DNA of 64,000 nucleotides, taken from the NCBI GenBank assembly GCA_951406725.2, contig OX597822.1, forward strand, positions 71,858,001-71,922,000. Reading direction: 5' to 3'. This DNA comes from Octopus vulgaris (taxonomy: Eukaryota). Under the pieces are notes generated by a model, which searched no databases, was not told the origin of the DNA, and was given only the letters and a program-made list of their open reading frames with translations. Numbering within the stretch: position 1 is the stretch's first letter; each line of letters opens with the position of its first letter. The translations under genes and the position numbers were made by a program. Below, one piece after another: positions 41,140 to 51,955 of the stretch.

Positions 41140-41480
41140 TTTAGTACCAGTAGGGTAAAAATGAAAATGTTGTTATTGTTCCCCACTCTGAAAGCCCCAA
41201 CGTATAACAGTGAAAGCAGTCTTCCTCTAATTGCAAACCAGCAACTTTCAATGTCTGACCTTGGGGCTTATTAATGGACATCACAAAGACAGACGTATTA
41301 GAAATTAAAGTCGTTTGAACTCGAAGGGCATATTGGAAGGCAAGCAAGGCATCTTCGCCTTTTCCTCAGACAGAAATTATTGTAGCCTCTATGATATTTC
41401 TCGTTAATTTCTTGAGAACAAATCTTGTGCCATTGCACAGCTTTGGTTAATAAAGGTTGCGCAGAAGCTTGATGGGCAAT
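41140..41480 (-). pseudogene. Helitron PIF1-type helicase C-terminal fragment
   Basis: Minus strand gives PIKLLRNL..PKLCNGTRFVLKKLTRNIIEATII..GKGEDA and VFVMSINKPQGQTLKVAGLQLEEDCF, matching the LLRNL-LCNGTR and SINKSQGQTL motifs of Helitron RepHel helicases; frameshifted. Confidence 0.85.
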
Positions 41481-43352
41481 AAATTATAGAATATTTTAAG
41501 TTTTCTCCGAAAGGAACCCTGCAATTTTTGTTTCGTGGCCCCATCCCTTCAATCAAAATTCATAATCTACGTACCTTTTATTCATAGCTATATTTCACGT
41601 TATCCTGTCCGAAGTTCAATACTTCACGTTATCCTAAAGAACATCTTTAAAAGTACAAGTTTAATTTATTTAGGTCAATTACAAATTTCAACAAGTAAAA
41701 CTTCCAGATATGAATAAAACAGCACTTTTATAATCTAGGCATTTTCCAAAGACAAACACGGTACACTTTTCACTTCGCGAAATCATCGACCAGTTTGTAG
41801 TAGCATAACAGGATAGTTGAATTACGTCCTTTTGCTGGTAAACGTCACCAGGTGGCGTCGCAGCTGATGCCTATATATTCCGGTGGTGGAGAGCGGTCTT
41901 TCTCTCTCGTCATTTGGACACCAAGGAGCACTGATCTCTCCCTTTCGACTCGGGTCACAGACCACATGCGGTTACTGTTGTTCGAATGACGCTTGCCTAA
42001 TGACCGTCATTTTCCTGCGTTATCATGGCGATTTGTTCAGCAACTAACTCTACCGCCACATCTTAAGAGACAATTGACTGTCGTGTCACCAACTTCGTTG
42101 ATCCTTCTATCAATTTGTAACAGTAAGTCAAATCTATGAACTGAATAAGTTAGCGTTTACTTGTAGTCCAAAGGATCCACAACATGTTAATATTTGATTT
42201 CTTTCATCGTGTGAAAAACTGTATTTGTATCCTCTATCCAAAATAAATTCTATTTATCATCATCTTCCTCTTATAATAGAACACCGTTATACAGTCTAAA
42301 TTTAATGGAATACTACATGGATAACTCCACACCGCTGAGTTTGGTGTAATATCATGCCAGTATACCGCTAAAAGTTCAGCATAATCAAACTGACAGCTAA
42401 GTTCGTGTTCAATAGATATCTAAAAAGTCTGGTACACGTCCGTGGCACAATTAAATATTTTCAGAAGAACTTTTGCTGGTACAATGCATTACCATTTTAT
42501 TTCTTGAAATTTTCAGTTAACATAGTTTAATTCTGGTTCAACATCTTAACCAAAGCAAATAGATGAATCATCTACGTACTTTAATCTTAATATGGGCTCC
42601 TCAACCGTGGAGGCCGCCTGCAACCCCTGCGGTTGCAGGGGCTTAATGACGTCCCTGGACACTGCGCAGTAGAATCGAACCCGAAGCTTCATAGTTCTCA
42701 AGCAAACTTCTTTTTTAACCACACCGGTGAGCTGTCTTGTGAAGTAATGATTTTCAGACACCCACTTAACAAGCCGTTAGCCAAATTTCTGCGAACCTCC
42801 TTTCGATCATCACAAACAGCTCTCGTATCAACAGAGAAAGAAAAAACACTTTTGAAGAACTTGAAATAAACAAAATCACTATTGAACCAATCAAGAAACA
42901 ATGAAATCTTTTAGAATTCATCAACGCCCAATCACAAACACAGACACTGTTTATGTACATACATTAAACAAAATAATTATAGACGCATCGAAAAAATAAA
43001 TATTCCACGAGGCGACAATAAAGAAAAGTACAAATCCCATTACACACCAAAAATAGTTAAGTTCATAATAAAAAAAAATACAGCAGAGAAAATCTCGCAT
43101 TGAATACACCAAAACCATACAACAAAAGTAAAACTCAACACCGAACAATTAAACAAGGAAATAACAAATAAAATAAAATAAAATAGAATGAAATAAAATA
43201 AAAAATCCTCAGAAAGACTTAAAAATGGTAAACATTTGTATCAGCAAAAACTGACAGAAGAACTAACTGTAAAATACTATAATAGAGCGATTTTCATCAT
43301 CGTTATAATCGTCATCGTCATCGCCATCGTCGTTGTGGTCATCATCATCATC

Positions 43353-43878
43353 GTACCAGGCAGTGGCTTTCATGGCTTCTAATCTTAACTGATTGGAAGT
43401 GCTATCATGTACATTGTTTTGGCTTGGTATAAAACATGGGCTACGGCAAATATTCTGCTCAATACCAGATTTGCTTGTCAGTTGTTTGACCTTAACCAGT
43501 TGAGCATGTCCCTTGGTGGTTGACAATATGTGCATCGCTGATCACAAGCAGAAGTAGTGGGGGGGCAGCATAGCCATGTGCTGAAAGGAATTCTTTGGAG
43601 TTTGAATAATTCACCATTGGAAACATGGGTAGTTAGTTCAACATCCTTAAACAATCCTTATTCAGGGACCTTTTGAGCGGGATGAATTACTCGACCAGAA
43701 GAAAATTCTAACTGGCCCCACCTGCGAGGTCATGTACTGTTTATCTTGATATGAGATCACCATGTCGCGCACATATGGTTGTGATGCATGTACCTAGTGT
43801 ACCCTTATCAGACGAGTAGTCATGATGGGTATACCGGGCTTCATATATTTTGCCCCAGTGTCATTTTGATGGCACTCA
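43353..43878 (-). mobile_element. Family D element, copy 2
   Basis: Colinear with 31892-32440; flanked by degenerate (CAT/CGT)n and (AAT)n. Confidence 0.7.
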
Positions 43879-44075
43879 ATAATAATTATCCTTTCTACTG
43901 GAGACACAAGGCCTCAGTTTGTCGGGAGGGGAATAGTCGATTACATCGACCCCAGTATTTCTTAGTTTATCGATCCTGCAAGGATGGAAGGCAAAGTCGA
44001 CTTCGGCAGAATTTGAACTTAGAGAAATACCGCTAAGCATTAAATATATATAATTAAAAGTAATATTTAAAAATA

Positions 44076-44262
44076 TTCTTTTACTTTTTTCAGTCATTTG
44101 ACTGCGGCCATGCTAGAGCACCGCCTTTAGTCGAGCAAATCTACCCCAGGACTTATTCTTTGTAAGCCTAGTACTTAGTCTATCGGTCTCTTTTGAAGAA
44201 CCGCTAAGTTACGGGGACGTAAACACACTAGCATCGGTTGTCAAGTGATGTTGTGGGGACAA

Positions 44263-44301
<39 letters not shown>

Positions 44302-44467
44302 CACAACAGGCTTCTTTCTGTTTCCGTCTACCAAATCCACTCACAAGGCTTTGGTCGGCTCGAGGCTATAGTAGAAGACACTTGCCCAAGGTGCCACGCA
44401 GTGAGACTGAACCCAGGACCATGTTGTTGGTAAGCAAGCTACTTACCACACAACCACTCCTGCGCCT
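44076..44467 (-). mobile_element. SINE family B, full length, directly downstream of tRNA-iMet
   Basis: Head aggcgcaggagtggttgtgtggtaag at 44467 (minus); tail ...gactgaaaaaagtaaaagaa ending at 44076. Confidence 0.9.
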
Positions 44468-44489
44468 AAAAACGAACAGAAAGTTCACT

Positions 44490-44561
44490 TAGCAGAGCGT
44501 AGTTTTGATCTACAGACCTCTGGGTTATGGGCCCAGCACGCTTCCACTGCGCCACTCCGCT
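44490..44561 (-). tRNA. Initiator tRNA-Met (CAT), copy 1; possibly a retro-pseudogene
   Basis: AGCGGAGTGGCGCAGTGGAAGCGTGCTGGGCCCATAACCCAGAGGTCTGTAGATCAAAACTACGCTCTGCTA: A1-U72, three G-C pairs in the anticodon stem, T-loop A54/A60 (eukaryotic initiator hallmarks); G4 gives a G-U pair; no CCA; T5 run ~18 nt downstream. Confidence 0.88.
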
Positions 44562-45270
44562 GTAAAAGTAATATTTAAAAATACAAAAGTAATGCTTTAT
44601 CTAGCAGCAAGAATAATAAAAGCTATAATCAATTTTAAAATCTAATCTCCCCCGTTTACATAAATATCAATGAATATGTTGAACTGTGTTTAATAAGTTA
44701 AAATCATATATTGAATATTTCTATATAAGTTTTCATATCTACACTCATTTACACTAGCAAATTCAAAAGAAAAGTAGGAAGAAACAACGTTAGAAATCAT
44801 TGGAAATTATTCCAGTTAAAGACGAAATCACAGTCATCCTTTTAGAAAAAAAAAAATATATATATACATAAAAGTATATAATATATAAAGTTATATATAT
44901 ATATATATATGTATATGTGTGTGTGTGTGTGTGTGTATATATAACTTTATATATTATATACTTTTATGTATATATATTTTTTTTTTCTAAAAGGATGACT
45001 GTGATTTCGTCTTTAACTGGAATAATTTCCAATGATTTCTAACGTTGTTTCTTCCTACTTTTCTTTTGAATTTGCTAGTGTAAATGAGTGTAGATATGAA
45101 AACTTATATAGAAATATTCAGTATATGATTTTAACTTATTAAACACAGTTCAACATATTCATTGATATTTATGTAAACGGGGGAGATTAGATTTTAAAAT
45201 GGATTATAGCTTTTATTATTCTTGCTGCTAGATAAAGCATTACTTTTGTATTTTTAAATATTACTTTTAC

Positions 45271-45342
45271 AGCAGAGTGGCGCAGTGGAAGCGTGCTGGG
45301 CCCATAACCCAGAGGTCTGTAGATCAAAACTACGCTCTGCTA
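45271..45342 (+). tRNA. Initiator tRNA-Met (CAT), copy 2
   Basis: AGCAGAGTGGCGCAGTGGAAGCGTGCTGGGCCCATAACCCAGAGGTCTGTAGATCAAAACTACGCTCTGCTA folds as a cloverleaf with initiator hallmarks; TTTTT at 45360-45364. Confidence 0.9.
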
Positions 45343-45396
45343 AGTGAACTTTCTGTTCGTTTTTAGGCGCAGGAGTGGTTGTGTGGTAAGTAGCTT

Positions 45397-47394
45397 TCTC
45401 ACCTCTGACCTGTTCAGACGTGTTTTTTTGCTGCTCCGGCAAATGTCACGTGTTAACGTGAAATATTGAACATTTTACGGCAACAGGTAGGACATTTTGG
45501 ATATTTTTGGAAGCATAGTGAGGTTTATTGCTTGCCGTTAATACTTTTTTGGCATTAATGTTAATTAGTGTTAACACTTTTCTGCGCGTAATAAGCTTCA
45601 CTTTGCTTCGGAAGTATTTGTTCTGCCTGTTGGCATATTTATTGTCTCCCCTTTTAGTGAGAATTGTGTGTTTTGAGAGGCATAGCCCCTCCTCAAGAAT
45701 TAATTTGTTCGCTTGGATTTACCACGGAGAACCAATTGTGCTTGGATTTACCACGGAGAACCAAGTGTGCTGCAACTGGAGTACCCTGTTTCGTGAGGAT
45801 TACCAGTTGCAGAACTGTGTTGCCATTATTTGAACTGTCTTCCTTCGTCCTTTTCTCTGCTCTGTCTTTCTGTTCTGTCATTGTGTTTTTTCTTATTGGA
45901 CTTTTGTTATGGCAAAAAAGGAGTTAACCATATGGGAGTTAACACCTCCGAAGGGTTACCTGAAGGAGCTGGAGGACAAAACCGTGGTGTTGAGGACTTA
46001 TTCAAAGTCACTCAACACCATAATGGTTTTTCCGAAAGCCACTATTATGAACGAGCTGGCAGACTATATGCCAGCCGTTAAATACATTCAACGGGGAGCC
46101 AAATACGCAACGATTTGGTTGCTGTTTGACTCCCCTAAAGCAGCTTGCAATTTCGCAAGCAAGCCCATTGAGGGCGAAGAGATTTTGTTTCTCCCAAGCT
46201 ACAAGGGAGAAAAATTAATAAGATTATGGGTCTGCGGCCTGCCACCCGGCTTTGAGCCCGAGTGGGTGGAAGATTCTATCCGACGGGGTCTGAGTGGTGG
46301 TAGCGCCAAGATCCTGAACGTAAGAATGCAGCCTGCGGCTGATTGGGAGGGGTCAAAGGCTACTTTGACTCTATGGACCCAGTCAGCCAAGAGTCTGGTT
46401 TTGCCGGACTTTTTGAGGATGGCCGGGTCCAAGTATCCGGTGATGCTTGAGGGAGCCCCCCCCCCCAAGTGTCACCTGTGTTTGGAGACCGGCCACATTA
46501 AGAAGAACTGCCCCAGGGACCAGAGTAGAATCCTGGAGAAGTTAATATCAGAGCCTCTCCCTGCCCCACCAATGGAGGGAGAGAAACAGAACGAGGAAGC
46601 GGTGGCTTCCTCAACAAGAAAACGAAAAGTGGGAAACAATGGTGACCCACTAAAAGACCCGGAAGCTACGGGAGAAAGAGTGGACCCGGCGTGTGCAACG
46701 CCGGAACCTCAACCTCCCGTGGCCCAGGGTAAAAAGAAAAAAAGAAAGAAAAGAAACGGGACGCCGCCAGCGGATTGTAACACGCAGACGGCGTCTCCCA
46801 TGTGTCCTCCGGCGGTTGTGGGGCCGGAGAAATATTATGTGGTCCTCTTCCACAAAGGAGGTACATTAGAGAATGAAATAGGTAAGATGAGGAAGAGAAA
46901 CCAATGAGAGGGACTTCGGTCCTGCATGGAGTATCCCGAGTGGCCTTCGCAGCTGGCTGCGGAGGTCCTACTCGAAAATGATATGTGCAGGATCGAGAAT
47001 TCTTTCCCGGAGGATCTCTTGCAAGTTATACCTATATGCGGGGGCCTGACGAAGAACGATTGCGTCATTAAAGCAAGAGCGTTCATCGGTCGGGTAACGT
47101 GAACCTGTATTTGGGTTATATTGTGATAGAGGTTTATTGCCTCTGGAAAAACTTTTGAAATTGTAAATTGTAAAATTTGGAATTTTTTTGAAATTTTTGA
47201 ATTTTTGTAAAATTTTGGATACTTTGTAAAATTACTGGAAAAAAAAAAACATTGTTTTAGAGAAGCGAGAGTCGGCGGGCGCTTTTTGACTTCTCCCATC
47301 ACCATCTTCATCCACCACCACCATCATCCATTAATGTCTTTGTCCAGCCCGTAGCTACTCTGTGTGCTGCCCTAGTGGTAAAATTGTTGAAATA
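45397..47394 (+). mobile_element. ORF1-only non-LTR retroelement (HAL1-like; L1/Tx1-type ORF1)
   Basis: Splits a SINE B head; 9-bp TSD aagtagctt at 45388-45396 and 47395-47403; no TIR or LTR; single ORF; ends in AATAAA overlapping the TSD. Confidence 0.8.
45909..47102 (+). CDS. ORF1/gag-like nucleic-acid-binding protein with CCHC zinc knuckle (internal TGA at 46905-46907)
   Basis: 332-aa ORF with CHLCLETGHIKKNC (C-X2-C-X4-H-X4-C), RRM-like IRLWVCGLPP and basic KKKKRKKR; the same frame continues 64 codons past the TGA to a stop at 47100-47102. Confidence 0.75.
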
Positions 47395-47535
47395 AAGTAG
47401 CTTGATTACCAACTACATGGTCCTGGGTTCAGTCTCAATGCGTGGCACCTTGGGCAAGTGTCTTCTACTATAGCCTCGAGCCGACCAAAGCCTTGTGAGT
47501 GGATTTGGTAGACGGAAACAGAAAGAAGCCTGTTG

Positions 47536-47566
<31 letters not shown>

Positions 47567-47758
47567 CTGTGTTTGTCCCCACAACATCGCTTTAAAATAA
47601 TATGTGACAATTATTCGGTAGCCAAGATAAAACTCTGATGGCCAGATAACCGAAGAGATGGTGTTGTGGATTTCCACCTCGGCATCCGAAACTCAGAATT
47701 TCCTCTATTTACATAATATTGAGGTTTCTTTCTTTCTTTTGTTATCTTACTGTTTTTA

Positions 47759-47809
<51 letters not shown>

Positions 47810-48658
47810 ACATACATACACTCACACACACATTAAGTACAGTACACACGAGAGATAAGTACAGGACATCACCAACGAGTGAAAAATACGTAAACACATA
47901 ACGAGAGACAAGTACTGGACAAAATACCAAAAGAAGTCTAACTTCTCCTCAGTTGTCGACTGTTTGTTACTCCTTATTTCGTGCTTTCAACGACAAGATA
48001 GGAAAACTTCATAAGACAGCAGCATCCAGAAATTTTAAATATATAAAATTTGTAGAGAGTTATGGCTTCGAACGAACAAATAACAGAGTGGACATACAGA
48101 GTAAACAATTGATGAAGATAAATATTAAGGGTCGTTAGGCCAAGACGAATTGTAATGGTTAATGCCTGGGAGAAATTTTGAAAGGATATAGAATAAATAG
48201 CAGAGAAAAAATGTTGGCGGCGAGACAAATGACGTCTAGCTAGGTGGACGTCTGGTCCAGAAAAGACAGAGGTGAGAGAAAATGGCCTGTAGTCACGTGT
48301 GACCTACAAGCAGAGGGGAGGCGGAGACAAGTGAGAGGAAGAGGGAAGGAAACAAAGGGTGTGAAGAGAAGGGAGAAGGAACGAAAGATGATAGGGAGTG
48401 GAAGAACGAAAGGGGACAGCGAAGAAAGACGGGGAGGGGTAATGGAAAAGTAATAGGCTTACAGGGATATAGAGAGAAAGGAAAAAAAAACGGAGTGTGA
48501 AGTCGCAGAGATTGTATATAAATGTATGAACTTGCTATGGACAAAGTCTGCGTGGTGGTTCATTATGAACAAATAAAAAATACACCTTAAGTACCAACGA
48601 GTGAAAAATACGTAAACACACGAGGTAATTACAGGAAAAATACCAAAACACACACGCA

Positions 48659-48699
<41 letters not shown>

Positions 48700-48747
48700 A
48701 TATATATGTTTATATATACGTTGCACACCTGCAGCAGGAGTTGCACT

Positions 48748-49655
48748 CAATTTACAGATGGGCTAAGGATAATAATATGCAGTTTAATGCTGAAAAATTC
48801 CAAGCCTAGCGCTACCAGCATCCAAAATTGAATATGGAACTTACAGGGTACACCGGTCCACAGGGAATTTCAATCCCAAAGCCTAGGTCAATGAGGGACC
48901 TGGGTATCGACATGAGTGGTGATACCTCTTTTCAAGTGCACATTACCAGTATGGCGACAAAGTTCAGGCGACTGGTTGGATGGATCCTAAGAACATTCAG
49001 AACCAGAGATAAGGAAACCATGATGGTCCTCTGGCGGACATTCGTCCTCAGCCGCCTGGATTACTGCTCACAGCTATGGTTACCCACTAGTGTGAAATTA
49101 ACAGCGGACCTTGAAGCAATCCAGAGAAGATTCACAAAGAAGATCGTCTCTTTGCAACAGCTCAGCTACTGCGAAAGGTTGAAACTGCTAAGATTCTACT
49201 CCCTGGAGAGAAGACGGGAGAGGTATGCAGTAATATATATCTGGAAGATCCTGGAAGGAATTGTGCCAAATGTTGGCATTGAAAGCTACACCAATGCCAG
49301 AACGGGACAATACTGCATAGTGCCAAATATCCCAGCAACGCCATCACGCTTCAGGACCAGTTACTGCAACATCCTGGGTTTCAAGGGCCCACAGCTTTTT
49401 AATATTCTCCCAAAGAGTCTGAGGAACTTGCACAAAGTAGATGTAGGGGTTTTTAAATCAAAGCTGGACCTCTTCCTGTCGAGAGTCCCAGATGAACCTA
49501 CTTCATGGCAAGAGGTGCAAATGAGGGTAGGTATATCAAACTCCATTCTTCACCAAGTGTCACATATTAGAGGAGGCTCTTAGTAATAACAGTGTAGCAA
49601 AACGGCGGTGCATCAGCATGGCCGCAGCTCTGAGCTGAAACTAGGAAGAAAAAAA
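48748..49655 (+). mobile_element. 5'-truncated CR1-group LINE (RT thumb/C-terminus and 3' UTR)
   Basis: QFNAEKFQ, RDLGIDMS, SRLDYCSQLW, LEAIQRRFTK, SLERRRERYAVIY; ORF 48828-49583; A-rich tail. Confidence 0.88.
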
Positions 49656-49656
49656 A

Positions 49657-50316
<660 letters not shown>

Positions 50317-51512
50317 TGGTGTTCAGCACGGTTTCAATCTACTAAATTCACTGACATGTCTTTGGTTGGCCTGGGCTTATAGTGGAAGACATTTTCCCGA
50401 GGTGCCACGTAGACAGACTGAACCCGAATTGAACTTTTTAACCACACAACCATAACTGTACCTCTACACATCTGTAACTTCCCGCCAAAACTGTTAAAAT
50501 CTCAGCATCTCTGAAGTTGGGCAAATCCATATTTATTTTAATATCCAACAAAATCTCCAATGATGTAACATCATATAGACCCGAAGCCCACCTCCGGTGG
50601 ACACCCCAAATTTCAGGCCTTGAGCCTATGGCAGAAAGGATTATTTATGGATACAGTTGTGTGGTTAGGACGTTTGCTTTGCAACCATATAGCTTCAGGC
50701 TCAGTCCCAAAACAGTGACACCTTGTCTTCTTCTATAGCCCGGGGTCAGCCAGTGAATAGCCTCTATCATACGAGTTCTGTGTATTCACCAAGCTTTTCC
50801 TGTTTACACTACGCATCAAACATCACATACGCCACTCTTTCCTGTTCTCTCGCTGTATTTTTCTATTTTTAAACCGTGTTTCTCTGCCAAACACCGTTCT
50901 AATTCTAACACGTGTGTCATACAATTTACTTCTTTTGTCCGGAAATAAAATGGCAAAAACAAAAAAGAAAAAGCTTCCTCCGCCAATTTTCCTTACAAAT
51001 TTGGTTAAAAAAAATATAGTGAGAGAGCTATTTACTTCCAACACAAATGAAGTAATTAAGGTGAGAAAGCAAACATATCGCAACATACATGCAGACACGC
51101 ACTCACACACACACACAGAAAAATGCACACATATACAAACATACATACGTACATTTATATACATATGCTTATACAGTGTGTGTGTGTATGTCTATGTGTG
51201 TATGCGCGTGTGTATGATTACAGATAAATAGGTAGGTAGGTAGGTAGGTAGGTAGGTAGATAGATAGATAGATAGATAGATAGACAGATAGATAGGTCTA
51301 ATTTATTTGTAAGAATAACGAGAACTACAAGTTACAGAAAGAAATCATGCTATATCTAAAGAATAAACGCTGTTTAAAATAAACTCTTAGAGGACACACA
51401 CACACACACACACACACTTGTCGCATTCGATTATTTTTTTTAACACGATATATGTACGCATGTATATGTGTATGTATAACGTCTAAAAATAATCGAATAC
51501 AATATATGCATA

Positions 51513-51545
<33 letters not shown>

Positions 51546-51747
51546 CATACATACATACATACACACATAATGTATGTATATATGTCGGTGTGCGTGTATG
51601 TGCATATTTGTACATAGGTACGTGTGTTTAAAAATAATCGAATGAGGCAGATGTGTGTGCACTTTCTTGGGGTTCTTCAAGCACTTGCATCAAACAAATT
51701 ATTTTAAGCAAAAAAAAATGTGTTTTAACTGCAGAAAATAACAATAT

Positions 51748-51955
51748 TGTTTTCTACTCTAGGCACAAGGCCCAAAATTTTGGGGGCGGGGGTCAGTCAA
51801 TCACACAGTATGCAACTGGTTCTTAATTTATTGACCCCGAAAGGATGAAAGGTAAAGTCGACCTCGGTGGAATTTGAACTCAAAACGTAAAGACAGACGA
51901 AATACCACTAAGCATTTCGCCCGGCATTCTAACGTTTCTGCCAGCACACCGTCTT
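51748..51955 (-). mobile_element. SINE family A
   Basis: Reverse complement of the family A body; flanked by aaaataacaatatt direct repeats (~51735-51748 and ~51959-51972). Confidence 0.8.

Larger units (their letters stand above)
44243..47592. repeat. Inverted duplication (arms ~650 bp) with the right arm interrupted by a 2-kb insertion
   Basis: 44436-44897 is the reverse complement of 44936-45396 with few differences; 44243-44435 matches 47404-47592; the spacer is (TA)n(GT)n. Confidence 0.92.

Noticed and set aside
45397-47394. Mutator-like DNA transposon or LTR element (suggested by the 9-bp TSD and gag-like knuckle)
   Set aside because: No TIRs, no TG...CA LTRs and no transposase or pol motifs; the 3' end has AATAAA.
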